Position numbers and translations under genes: made by a program | Source: a bacterium | GTDB lineage: Bacteria; Patescibacteriota; Patescibacteriia; Patescibacteriales; UBA12465 | Reading direction: 5' to 3' | Assembly: GCA_035414245.1 (NCBI GenBank) | Contig: DAONYH010000001.1 | Coordinates: 41,501-105,500, forward strand | DNA length: 64,000 nucleotides | The notes under the pieces: generated by a model | Databases searched by the model: none | What the model saw: only the letters and a program-made list of their open reading frames with translations | Told to the model about the DNA's origin: nothing | Shown here: positions 18,804 to 28,138 of the stretch, in pieces | Layout: each line of letters begins with the position of its first letter | How positions within the stretch are numbered: position 1 is the first letter of the stretch

Positions 18804-19642
18804 TTTAAAGCTTCCTGATAAGGCCGTAAACGTTTCACTTTGTTATTTTGCAAAACAGAAAATTTTGGTCGGCGCGCTGGTCGGGCTAAATTTTCACTTC
18901 TTATTGGTCTAATATTAATTTCTTTTTTTAATAAACGAAATAGCTCTTTGGCACCCTCATACCAAGTAACCGGTCCTTCATTCACTAAATGATACACACC
19001 ATAAGTCGGGCGAGCCATCAATAAACGAGCGCTGGAAGCGGCTAAATCCGGAGTATAAGTGAAACAACTTAGTTCTTCATTAACCACGGTTAATTCATCT
19101 TTATCTTGGGCTAATTTCATCATTATGTCAAAAAAACTAGGTTTGGCGTTTGAATTTTCTACAATTGGTCCAAAAAGTTTTGAGGTTCTAATTAAATAAT
19201 AAGCCAGACCTCTTTCACCTTGACGCTTAACCGCCACTTCCCCTAAAAATTTAGTTTCCCCATATTTATTAATGGGATTAGGCGTATCATCTTCGGAAAA
19301 TTCTTTCTTACTTTCTAGACCATTAAAAACATAATCCGTTGAATAATGAATTAAAATAAAAGATAATTTTAAACCTAGTTCGGCTAAATAGGCGGGTAAA
19401 TCACAATTTAAGGCAAAGGCTTTTTTATAAATCTCTTTATCTTCACAATTATCTACTTGATTATAAGCGACACAATTAAAAACAACTTCCGGCCTTAAAT
19501 CATTTAAAACACTAAAAAGAGCTGCTTCGTTTAAAACATCAAAATCGTCACGATCAAAGGAATAAACTTCATGATCCTGACTGAGTAAAAAATCCAGTTG
19601 TGACCCCAAATTACCTTTGGCGCCTAATATCACAATTTTCAT
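18782..19642 (-). CDS. rfbD: dTDP-4-dehydrorhamnose reductase
   Basis: MKIVILGAKGNLGSQL is a Rossmann motif, and YSTDYVFNG and the 286-aa length fit RfbD. Confidence 0.85.
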   Translation of the reverse strand: MKIVILGAKGNLGSQLDFLLSQDHEVYSFDRDDFDVLNEAALFSVLNDLRPEVVFNCVAYNQVDNCEDKEIYKKAFALNCDLPAYLAELGLKLSFILIHYSTDYVFNGLESKKEFSEDDTPNPINKYGETKFLGEVAVKRQGERGLAYYLIRTSKLFGPIVENSNAKPSFFDIMMKLAQDKDELTVVNEELSCFTYTPDLAASSARLLMARPTYGVYHLVNEGPVTWYEGAKELFRLLKKEINIRPIRSENLARPARRPKFSVLQNNKVKRLRPYQEALKDYLRNK

Positions 19643-19724
19643 AAAAAATCTATAATTTTAAAAATATAGAAAAGCTCTATTTTCTATATTTTTCTCGCTA
19701 TTTATATTTTACTACTTTTTTTCT

Positions 19725-21008
19725 TTATTGCCACTCCTTACTCTGTCGCACCAATAATTTATCCGCCTGTTCTGGCTCAGCAATTAATTCTTTAACCACC
19801 TTTTCCATTCTCGCTCCCTGAGAGCCTTTGATCAATAAAACATCACCTTCTTTTATTCTATTTTGTAGAAAACGACCAGCTTCTTCAGGTTTATCAAAAT
19901 AAAAAATTTGCTCATCCTCTAAGCCGGCTTCTTTAGCACCACGAATAAAATCGCGAGACCTTTCACCAACCGCCACTAAAACATCAATCTGCTCGGTGGC
20001 GATTTTTTTTCCTACCAATTGATGCCCCTCTTCGGTAAAAGAACCAATTTCCAACATATCACCCATAATGGCATATTTCTTGGCATTGTTATCAATTTTA
20101 ATTTTCCCTAAAATTTTAACAGCAGAAATTGCCGCTTCTGGAGAAGAATTATAAGTATCATCAATAATAAAAGAATGTTTAATGCCGGGCAAAACATTCA
20201 TACGTCCGGCCGGCAAACTAAAATCACTTAAACTATCCGCGATTTCCACTAAATTCATTTTAAAATGCAAACCCACAGCCGCCGCGGCTAAACTGGCATA
20301 AAGAGCCGGTTCAGACATGACGTTTTTCATAAAGACTGGAACAATGGAACCTTGATAGTTTAACTTAAAATTAATTCCGGATAATTCATAACCGTCGCGA
20401 CTAAAATTATAAATAATATCCTGAGCTTTTATATCAGACTGGTGATTCAAACTAAAACTCATAACTCGCGCCTGACTAACACTAGCCATTTCGCAAACCG
20501 GCTCGCTGTCAAAATTTAAAATTGCCAAACCATGACTATCAAGACTTTCAACTAATTTCTGTTTTTCTTTTTTGATATTATTTAAGTTGCCAAAATATTC
20601 TAAATGCGAATAACTAACGGCTGTAACCACCGCAATCTGAGGTGGTGCAATGGAAATTAAATAATCCATATCACCCGGCCGATCAACCCCCATTTCTAAA
20701 ACTAAAATTTTGGGGTATTTTTTATCTGTAAAAATTAATAATCTCAAAGCCCGTAAAAAAACTAACAACCAACCGAAATAACTTTTTCCGGGTGATTCTA
20801 CGCCAATAATAGTAAGGGGTAAACCAATTTCATTATTATAATTTTTAAAGCTAGTGCGTACGGAAAATTTATTTTTCAAAACATGATAAATTGCTTCTTT
20901 AGTGCTTGTTTTGCCAATTGATCCGGTAATACTAATAATGACTGGTTTATATTTAGAAATCAGTTTTTGTGCGACAATTTTTAATTGTAAAAGCAAAAGC
21001 TTTTTCAT
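19725..21008 (-). CDS. murF: UDP-MurNAc-tripeptide--D-Ala-D-Ala ligase
   Basis: ISITGSIGKTSTKE is the Mur ligase P-loop. DDTYNSSPEA is present, and the gene sits in dcw context after ftsI. Confidence 0.85.
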   Translation of the reverse strand: MKKLLLLQLKIVAQKLISKYKPVIISITGSIGKTSTKEAIYHVLKNKFSVRTSFKNYNNEIGLPLTIIGVESPGKSYFGWLLVFLRALRLLIFTDKKYPKILVLEMGVDRPGDMDYLISIAPPQIAVVTAVSYSHLEYFGNLNNIKKEKQKLVESLDSHGLAILNFDSEPVCEMASVSQARVMSFSLNHQSDIKAQDIIYNFSRDGYELSGINFKLNYQGSIVPVFMKNVMSEPALYASLAAAAVGLHFKMNLVEIADSLSDFSLPAGRMNVLPGIKHSFIIDDTYNSSPEAAISAVKILGKIKIDNNAKKYAIMGDMLEIGSFTEEGHQLVGKKIATEQIDVLVAVGERSRDFIRGAKEAGLEDEQIFYFDKPEEAGRFLQNRIKEGDVLLIKGSQGARMEKVVKELIAEPEQADKLLVRQSKEWQ

Positions 21009-21009
21009 A

Positions 21010-21077
21010 TTAACAGCTACTTTCTATCAATAACTACTTTCTATTAACAGCTACTTTCTATCAATAACTACTTTCTA
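21010..21077. repeat. perfect 34-nt tandem duplication spanning the ftsI stop, filling the ftsI-murF spacer
   Basis: ttaacagctactttctatcaataactactttcta occurs twice. Each unit contains two 17-nt sub-repeats, giving four copies of CTACTTTCTA. Confidence 0.9.
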
Positions 21078-23053
21078 GTTTTGGGAACGGCATAGTAATT
21101 TAAAATAAACTCAGCAATATCACGCCACAAGGGCAAAGCCGATCCCTCAGCATACTGGACACCGACTGGCTTGTCAATTTTAGTTAACATCACAAAAGCT
21201 GGTTCCTCAATCGGTGCAATACCAACAAAAGTATGAATATATTCATTTTTTTTATAACCACCAGCGGCTGCGATTTGAGCGGTTCCGGTTTTGCCGCCTA
21301 CATAATATCCCGGAATGGCCGCCTTTTTTGAGTGACCTTTTTCCACCACATTTACTAACATGGCGGAAACAGTGGCGGCGGTTTTTTCGGAAACAACGCG
21401 ATTCATTATTTTGGCCGAAACCTCCTCTTCTTGACCATTAGGATAAATAATTTTTTTAACAATATGCGGTTTCATCATCACTCCTTTATTAGCAATTGCT
21501 TGGTAAGACATAACCATTTGGAGCGGAGTTACAGCAATTCCTTGTCCAAAAGAAGCGGTCGCGGCATCAATATCTTTAATTTTATTTTTTAGTAAGTTGC
21601 TGATATTACCTGGACTTTCTGAACCAAGTTCAATGCCAGTTCTTTCGCCAAAACCAAATTTCTGAACATATTCAGCAAAGACTTTGGGACCAACTTGATT
21701 CATGGCAAAAATTGCCCCGGTATTTAAAGACAAATCCAAAACCGCATTCATATCTACTAAACCATGCGGGCCATGAGTACTAAAATCCGAATTACTAATT
21801 GGCTTTGGCCAACCCTTAATCATAATCTGTCCTTCGTCATTATAAGTGGTGCTGGGTGAAACTTTATTCTGATCAATCGCAATCGCCATCGTAATAATTT
21901 TAAAAACTGAACCAGGTTCATATTGATAAAAAGTCGCCGGATTATTGTAATAGGAAATATCTTTTACTTTATTGTAATTATTAGGATCATAATCCGGTAC
22001 GGAACACATGGCGATTATCTCTCCGGTTTTAGGATTGATAACAATCACGGTTCCACCTTCAGCATCAAACTGTTTGACTGTTTCTTTTAATTTACTGCAA
22101 ACAAAAAATTGAATATTGCGATCAATGGTTAATACAAAATCATAACCATTTTCCGCTTTTATATATTCACGATTATTAAGAATCACTAAATTAGCTTGAT
22201 TGCCCTTTTCCGCTTTTAAAGAGCCTTGCTTGCCGGAAAGCTCAGTATTAAAAAATTCTTCCAGCCCATAACGTCCTTGAAGATTACCATCAGCATTAGT
22301 AGTATAACCAACAATATGGGAGGTAATTTCATTTTCCGGATAATAACGATAACTTTGTAAATTAAAACCCAGGCCTTTAATTTTTAAATTTTTTTCCACC
22401 ATTTCCTGACTTTCTTCATCAAATTCTTTGTATACTAAACGACCTAATTTAAATTTTAAATCAGCCGGCGAAAATAAAGAGGGCGAAGAAGTTGAAGAAT
22501 AATCCTCAACAGCTAAAAAAGCATATAAATTAATCAGTTCTTCATTAGTAATTTTACTGACCAAAGGCTCGTAAGGATCATCTGGCTTGTTTATTTTTTT
22601 TAAATAATTATTGATTATTTCTTCTTTAGTTGAAGTCGCAATGATAAGCTCGGTTCCGGTAGCTTGTTTTTCGGCCATTTCGGCTAAAAGCTTGGGCTTA
22701 TCAAAAAAATCAAATAATTTTTCCGCCATCACATTAGGATATTCAACATCTTTAGGAACCAAAAAAATCTCAGCATATTCTTTATTAGTCGCTACCGGAT
22801 ATAATTTTTCTTCATTATTAACTGTTTCGCTCAAATAAATTTTTCCTCTTTCCGGTTTTAATTCATTATAAAATTCATGTTGTGAGGCAGCCATGGCCGT
22901 GTAAAAATCAAATTGCCTAATCTGCAAAGTATAAAGTTTAAAAATTATCCCTCCAAACAATAAAAAAATAACCGCTACCACAATCCGTAAGCGATTATTA
23001 TTCACTTTTCCAATTACTAAATTATTTTGTTTGATTTTAAAATCTCGCCGCAT
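21068..23053 (-). CDS. ftsI: penicillin-binding protein 2 / FtsI-type transpeptidase
   Basis: An N-terminal TM helix is followed by EPGSVFK (SxxK), SNS and GKTGTA (KTG) motifs. The ATG is at 23053; the track start at 23077 is TTG. Confidence 0.85.
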   Translation of the reverse strand: MRRDFKIKQNNLVIGKVNNNRLRIVVAVIFLLFGGIIFKLYTLQIRQFDFYTAMAASQHEFYNELKPERGKIYLSETVNNEEKLYPVATNKEYAEIFLVPKDVEYPNVMAEKLFDFFDKPKLLAEMAEKQATGTELIIATSTKEEIINNYLKKINKPDDPYEPLVSKITNEELINLYAFLAVEDYSSTSSPSLFSPADLKFKLGRLVYKEFDEESQEMVEKNLKIKGLGFNLQSYRYYPENEITSHIVGYTTNADGNLQGRYGLEEFFNTELSGKQGSLKAEKGNQANLVILNNREYIKAENGYDFVLTIDRNIQFFVCSKLKETVKQFDAEGGTVIVINPKTGEIIAMCSVPDYDPNNYNKVKDISYYNNPATFYQYEPGSVFKIITMAIAIDQNKVSPSTTYNDEGQIMIKGWPKPISNSDFSTHGPHGLVDMNAVLDLSLNTGAIFAMNQVGPKVFAEYVQKFGFGERTGIELGSESPGNISNLLKNKIKDIDAATASFGQGIAVTPLQMVMSYQAIANKGVMMKPHIVKKIIYPNGQEEEVSAKIMNRVVSEKTAATVSAMLVNVVEKGHSKKAAIPGYYVGGKTGTAQIAAAGGYKKNEYIHTFVGIAPIEEPAFVMLTKIDKPVGVQYAEGSALPLWRDIAEFILNYYAVPKTRK

Positions 23054-23083
23054 AAAGAACAAGCTCGCTAGAATCAAAGTTGA

Positions 23084-23425
23084 TTATTTTTTAGCAACCA
23101 CACTATCTGGTACTTTAATGTATTCAATTTCATTAATGGCTACCATATTTAATGATTGAACGCGAGCATTTAAAACATAATAAGATTGCAAGGCATCAAT
23201 TTCTTGTTCATAAGCCATTTTCTTCTCCATTAAAGTCGCTCTTTCTTGTTTTAAATCTTTTAAAGCAAAGCTTTTAACTGTTAAATCACTAACTCCTATT
23301 AAATAGGCAAATCCAGAAGCAAAAACTAAGAGAAAAACAAAAAAATTAAAAACGCGCAAATTTAAACAACGTTTTGTTCTGTTGCCTTTTAAATTTTCGC
23401 TATAACAATTAACAAATCTGGTCAT
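23084..23425 (-). CDS. FtsL-like cell division protein
   Basis: This 113-aa protein has one TM helix plus a coiled coil. It lies between rsmH and ftsI, the canonical ftsL slot. Confidence 0.5.
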   Translation of the reverse strand: MTRFVNCYSENLKGNRTKRCLNLRVFNFFVFLLVFASGFAYLIGVSDLTVKSFALKDLKQERATLMEKKMAYEQEIDALQSYYVLNARVQSLNMVAINEIEYIKVPDSVVAKK

Positions 23426-23506
23426 ATACGTTTTGGATTTGATATTTTGATATATTAATTTAAAAATTATCGTTGCTAATTATTCGCTTCAGTGTTTTTA
23501 TCATTT

Positions 23507-24424
23507 TTAATTATCCGCTTCAGTACTTTCTTTTTTTTCTTCTTTTGCAGCGGCTCGTAATTTTGCACTTCGCGCCCGGGGATTATTTTTAATTTCCTCC
23601 ATCTCCGGAACTAAAGGTTTTTTTGTTAAAATTTGTAAATTAGGAGAATTTTTAAAAAATTGTTTGACAATTCTATCTTCTCCACTATGAAATGACACAA
23701 CTACTAATTTTCCCTTTGGTTTTAATAGTTCAACAGCAGCTGGCAAAACGGCTTGCAAATTCTCTAACTCCTGATTTGTTTCCATTCTTAAAGCTTGGAA
23801 TACTTTAGTGGCTGGATTAATTTTGGTATGAAAACGTTTGGGGCTATGAGCAACAATTATTTCCACTAAATCTTGAGTAGTCTCAATCGGTTTTTTACGT
23901 CGCGCTTCAACAATGGCTTTAGCTAAATAATAAGCTCTTTTTTCTTCACCATAGTCACGAAAAATTCTGGTTAGTTCAAGCAAGGGGTAATGATTAACTA
24001 TTTGCTTAGTGGAAATTTCTATCTCCGGACCAAAGGCCATATCTAGGGGACAATCGTTTTGAAAAGAAAAGCCTCGCTTCGTATCAGCCAATTGAAAAGA
24101 TGACAATCCTAAATCAAGTACTATACCGTCAACTCCTTTTGAGTCATTAAAATTCTGCTGATAAAGTGCGGTTAAATTTTTAAAATTACCAAGTACTAAT
24201 TGAACATTATTTAAATTCTCACTAGTTAATTTTCTTCGAGCATTGTCGATAGCATTCTGATCCAAGTCTAAACTCATGACTTCTCCTTTCTCACCCACTC
24301 TTTTTGCCAACTCACTGGTATACCCGGCTCCACCCAAAGTGCAATCTATATACCGACCACCTTTTTTAACAGCTAAAAAATCTAATACTTCTTTCAGCAT
24401 GACTGGCTGATGCTCATATTCCAT
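23507..24424 (-). CDS. rsmH: 16S rRNA (cytosine1402-N4)-methyltransferase
   Basis: HQPVMLKEVL, DCTLGGAGYT, DLGLSSFQL and SFHSGEDRIVK. Confidence 0.95.
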   Translation of the reverse strand: MEYEHQPVMLKEVLDFLAVKKGGRYIDCTLGGAGYTSELAKRVGEKGEVMSLDLDQNAIDNARRKLTSENLNNVQLVLGNFKNLTALYQQNFNDSKGVDGIVLDLGLSSFQLADTKRGFSFQNDCPLDMAFGPEIEISTKQIVNHYPLLELTRIFRDYGEEKRAYYLAKAIVEARRKKPIETTQDLVEIIVAHSPKRFHTKINPATKVFQALRMETNQELENLQAVLPAAVELLKPKGKLVVVSFHSGEDRIVKQFFKNSPNLQILTKKPLVPEMEEIKNNPRARSAKLRAAAKEEKKESTEADN

Positions 24425-24447
24425 AGACTTAAATTTTAAAAGTGTTT

Positions 24448-24879
24448 TTAGATTCCCAAATCTCCCAAGGCTTCGGCAATTGAACTACTATTTTTTTCTG
24501 AATTTAATTTATATTTATTCCAAGCGCTCTCATTCCAAATTTCTAAATGATTATACAAACCAACCACGATTACTTTTTTATTTAAACCAGAAAACTTTCT
24601 TAAATATTCAGGCAAAGTAATGCGACCTTGATTATCAAATTCCAAATCCATGGCCCCGGCTATCATATGACGCGCAAATGCTCTGGCCCTTGATTGACTA
24701 AGTGGTAAAGAAGCAATCTTTTTAGCAATTTCTTCAAACTGTTCTTTTGAATACAAAAAAAGACAGTTATCCAAACCCTTCGTGACAACTGCTCCCTTTT
24801 TTAAAATAGCGCGAAACTTAGCTGGTATAGCTAAGCGTCCTTTGTCATCTAAATTGTGATTGTATTCGCCGATGAACAT
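24448..24879 (-). CDS. mraZ: transcriptional regulator MraZ
   Basis: MFIGEYNHNLDDKGRLAIPAKFR and a second DxxGR repeat (FDNQGRITLP). Confidence 0.95.
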   Translation of the reverse strand: MFIGEYNHNLDDKGRLAIPAKFRAILKKGAVVTKGLDNCLFLYSKEQFEEIAKKIASLPLSQSRARAFARHMIAGAMDLEFDNQGRITLPEYLRKFSGLNKKVIVVGLYNHLEIWNESAWNKYKLNSEKNSSSIAEALGDLGI

Positions 24880-24936
24880 AATAACGATAGATTTCGCAAA
24901 ATTTGTCAGGTGTAATAAATTCTGCAGGTAACGCTA

Positions 24937-24966
24937 ATTCTCCACTATTCCCCACAATTCACCTTA
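24937..24966 (-). promoter_or_regulatory. three tandem 10-nt GTGG-type repeats, putative MraZ operator
   Basis: The minus strand reads TAAGGTGAAT TGTGGGGAAT AGTGGAGAAT immediately downstream of the -10 box. Confidence 0.45.
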
Positions 24967-24974
24967 CAAGTTTA

Positions 24975-25003
24975 ATTATACACCACGAAGCCCCAACGGT
25001 CAA
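24975..25003 (-). promoter_or_regulatory. promoter of the mraZ-led dcw operon
   Basis: On the minus strand: TTGACC (25003-24998), 17 nt, TATAAT (24980-24975). Confidence 0.6.
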
Positions 25004-25027
25004 CACTTTTATTTTATTGAAAATAAG

Positions 25028-25065
25028 CAAAAAAAATAACAAAAAAACCACTTATCAACAAGTGG
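25028..25065 (-). terminator. terminator after tsaB-like gene
   Basis: The stem CCACTT / AAGTGG is followed by TTTTTTTGTTATTTTTTTT on the minus strand. Confidence 0.55.
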
Positions 25066-25159
25066 CTTGTAAAAATATTTTAATTATTGACAAAAAGTGA
25101 GCTAAGTTTTCAACAAGTAATACACAGGCTCAAGAAAAAGGGGAAATTTAAAAAAATAA

Positions 25160-25540
25160 TTAAATTTTGCTTTTTTTAGCTTTACCAATATTAGGTTCAG
25201 CACTATAAATTGGCGCAACTAGTGTTAAACCAGCGACTCTTTTCTGTGATTTAGCACCACTTTCGCCGATAACCGGAATACCTAAAGCATAGGCTAGAGC
25301 GTTAGCCGTTAGAACACCAATCCTTAAAGAAGTGAAACTGCCACCTTGATCAGCTACTACAATTTTTTTGAGTGCTTTTAATTTTTTACCGCTTTTAGTA
25401 ATTAGTTTATCAATCGCTGGTAGTAATTTCTCAGCTTGTTGTCGTTCAGCTGGAATTTTTTTAAAAGCAATCGTTTTTTCACCACTGGCCAAAGAAAGAA
25501 TTACTTCTTTATTCGTTACAGTGTTAATATAAAGGGTCAT
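25160..25540 (-). CDS. tsaB: TsaB-like protein, N-terminal half only
   Basis: GGSFTSLRIGVLTANALAYALGIPV matches the TsaB/YeaZ core. It is 126 aa versus about 230 aa for a typical TsaB. Confidence 0.55.
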   Translation of the reverse strand: MTLYINTVTNKEVILSLASGEKTIAFKKIPAERQQAEKLLPAIDKLITKSGKKLKALKKIVVADQGGSFTSLRIGVLTANALAYALGIPVIGESGAKSQKRVAGLTLVAPIYSAEPNIGKAKKSKI

Positions 25541-25580
25541 AAATTATTTATTAAACAAAATTATTATTCAAATTATTATT

Positions 25581-26582
25581 TTATTTTTTTATTTCCTTAG
25601 TTAAAATATTTTCTAAATCCGCCAAAGATTTTACTGTTACTAATTGTGCTCTAAGACGACTGGCGCCCGAAAAACCACTAACATACCAAACCAAATGTTT
25701 TCTTAGTTCTATTAAGGCGCCCGGTCCTTTAATTTTTTCGACTAATCGGGCATGTTGCAAAATAAAATGAAAAACTTGTTTATTATTTTTATTAATTATT
25801 TTATTTTCTTTTATTTCTTGGAAAAGCCAAGGCCGACCTAAAATACCACGCGCTAAACCCAGACCGTCGGCGCCACTTTCTTTTAAAGCGCGCTGAGCAT
25901 CTTCTAAAGTATTAATCCCGCCATTTATTAAAATAACGCCTTTAAAATATGGTCGCGCTTTTTTAACAATGGCAAAATCAGGATCACCACTAAAACCCTG
26001 ACTTAAACTGCGACCATGAATCATTACCGCCGCGACAGGCAAATCAGAAATATTTTTTAAAAAATCTATTGCACTGACTTTGCCAACCTTGGCTCTAATT
26101 TTTATAGACACGGGCAAAGTCGTGTTTTTTAAAACTGCTGCAATAATTTGGCGTGACTTGTTTAAATCTTTCATTAAATCCGCTCCCGCTCCCTGCTTTA
26201 AAACTTTTCCGGCTGGACAACCACAATTAATATCAATCCCAGCTGGTTTCAATTTTTTTTCAATTAAAGTTGTAGCCGTAGCAAAATGTTCGGGATTAGC
26301 GCCAAACAACTGGACAACGTAATTTTTTTCTAAACGGTGATTAAAACCAGTCAACTCCCAAGTAGCTTCCCCACCGCTGTCTCGTTTTCGAGTTTGACTA
26401 TTAAAAGTTTGACTAAAATAATTTAAGGCGGTCGCAGAAACCATTTCACTATACAAAACATCTGCTCCAAATTTATGACAAATTTGACGAAAAGCCGAGT
26501 CAGTAAACCCGGCCATGGGAGCGAGCGCCAAAATTGGTCGCTGTTTATTTTTTAATTTTTCCCAAAAATTATTATTCTTCAT
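25581..26582 (-). CDS. tRNA-dihydrouridine synthase
   Basis: LAPMAGFTDSAFR, DINCGCP and IHGR motifs. The ATG is at 26582; the track start at 26633 is TTG. Confidence 0.85.
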   Translation of the reverse strand: MKNNNFWEKLKNKQRPILALAPMAGFTDSAFRQICHKFGADVLYSEMVSATALNYFSQTFNSQTRKRDSGGEATWELTGFNHRLEKNYVVQLFGANPEHFATATTLIEKKLKPAGIDINCGCPAGKVLKQGAGADLMKDLNKSRQIIAAVLKNTTLPVSIKIRAKVGKVSAIDFLKNISDLPVAAVMIHGRSLSQGFSGDPDFAIVKKARPYFKGVILINGGINTLEDAQRALKESGADGLGLARGILGRPWLFQEIKENKIINKNNKQVFHFILQHARLVEKIKGPGALIELRKHLVWYVSGFSGASRLRAQLVTVKSLADLENILTKEIKK

Positions 26583-26674
26583 TAATTTAGAGTTGACTAA
26601 CGATTTAGCTGATAAGCGCCTTTTAAAAACCAATTAGCACTTTAATTAATAAATACCTCCATTTAAAACTGAAG

Positions 26675-28126
26675 CTAAACTATTTTCTTTATCTTTTGCC
26701 CTTGTGCTGTATCTTCAATTGCCCAACCAGCTTTAGCTAATTCTAAACGTAATCGATCAGCTTCCGGCCAATCCTTTCTTTTTCTCGCTTCTAAACGTGC
26801 TTCTAACACTTCAGCAATCGTTGTCTCCGCTAACTCTTGATCTTGATAAAGTTTAACTTTCAATTTAATTGTTTCCGGTTGATTATCTGTTAACTCATTG
26901 TCCGCTGTCTTTTTAGCTAAATCAAATCCCAATACTTGATCAAAATCTAAAATGGTTGCTTTCTTATCTTCATCTTTTAAAGAAGATTTAAAAACCTGAG
27001 CAATAACAGCCAGCGCTTGTGGTAAATTCAAATCATGATTAATCGCTTCTAAAAACTGGGTTTGATAGATTTTAGAAACTTTGCCTCGCTTTTTACCTAA
27101 AGACGCAACTTGATTTCGCAAATTACTTAACGCTTGATTAGCTTGCTTTAAACTCTCGGGACTATATTCCATCGGCTTGCGGTAATGAACTTGACTGGCG
27201 GCAAGACGAAAAGCTAAGGGATCAAGACCAACCTCAATAACTGCTTTTTCCAAGGTTAAAAAATTATCACCGCTTTTTGCCATCTTCTTTCCGCCTTGAA
27301 TATTTAAAAAAGCATTATGCATCCAAAAATTAAAAAACTTCTTGCCTGTGGCCGCTTCTGATTGAGCGATTTCATTAGTATGATGAACATTAATATGATC
27401 AATACCACCGCAATGAATATCTAAATTATTTTTTAAATATTTAAAACTCATGGCTGAACATTCTATGTGCCAGCCGGGAAAACCGATTCCCCAAGGTGAT
27501 TCCCATTCCATTTGTCTTTTGGCACCAACCGGTGAAAACTTCCAAAGAGCAAAATCAGTGGGATTTTTTTTCTCTGGATTTTTTTCCACACGCGCCCCTT
27601 CTTTTAATTGATTGAGCGGCAAATGACTTAATTTATTATAGTCTTTAACTAAAGCTGTATCAAAATAGACTCCGTCTTGAGTTAAATAAGTAAAGCCCTT
27701 TTTCTCTAAAATTTTAATCAAAGCGATTTGTTCTTTAATATTTTCTGTCGCCTTGGCCCAAATGTTAGGAAATATAATATTTAAATCAACTAAATTTTTT
27801 TGAAAAGCTTTGGTATAAAATTCGGCAATTTCATAGGCGCTTTTCCCTTCTCGTTTAGCACCCAGTTCCATTTTATCTTCGCCCATGTCCATATCACCGG
27901 TTAAATGACCGACATCGGTAATATTCATGACGTGTTTTACTTTATAGCCGTTATAAAGCAAAGTTCTTTTGAGTAAATCACTAAATAAATAGGAACGCAA
28001 ATTACCTAGATGCGCATAGTTATAAACAGTCGGTCCGCAAGTATAAATTCCCACCCGTCCCTTTTTGACTGGTTTAAATTCTTCTATTTTACGACTCAAG
28101 GTATTGTAAAAAAATATTTTTTTCAT
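26675..28126 (-). CDS. cysS: cysteine--tRNA ligase
   Basis: CGPTVYNYAHLGN (HIGH), KMAKS (KMSKS) and WHIECSAM. Confidence 0.95.
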   Translation of the reverse strand: MKKIFFYNTLSRKIEEFKPVKKGRVGIYTCGPTVYNYAHLGNLRSYLFSDLLKRTLLYNGYKVKHVMNITDVGHLTGDMDMGEDKMELGAKREGKSAYEIAEFYTKAFQKNLVDLNIIFPNIWAKATENIKEQIALIKILEKKGFTYLTQDGVYFDTALVKDYNKLSHLPLNQLKEGARVEKNPEKKNPTDFALWKFSPVGAKRQMEWESPWGIGFPGWHIECSAMSFKYLKNNLDIHCGGIDHINVHHTNEIAQSEAATGKKFFNFWMHNAFLNIQGGKKMAKSGDNFLTLEKAVIEVGLDPLAFRLAASQVHYRKPMEYSPESLKQANQALSNLRNQVASLGKKRGKVSKIYQTQFLEAINHDLNLPQALAVIAQVFKSSLKDEDKKATILDFDQVLGFDLAKKTADNELTDNQPETIKLKVKLYQDQELAETTIAEVLEARLEARKRKDWPEADRLRLELAKAGWAIEDTAQGQKIKKIV

Positions 28127-28138
28127 AATTATAATAAT

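Noticed and set aside
24903-25100. Plus-strand ORF of 65 aa in the mraZ upstream region.
   Set aside because: The region is better explained by the dcw promoter, the MraZ-box repeats and the tsaB terminator on the minus strand. The ORF starts with TTG and has no SD.
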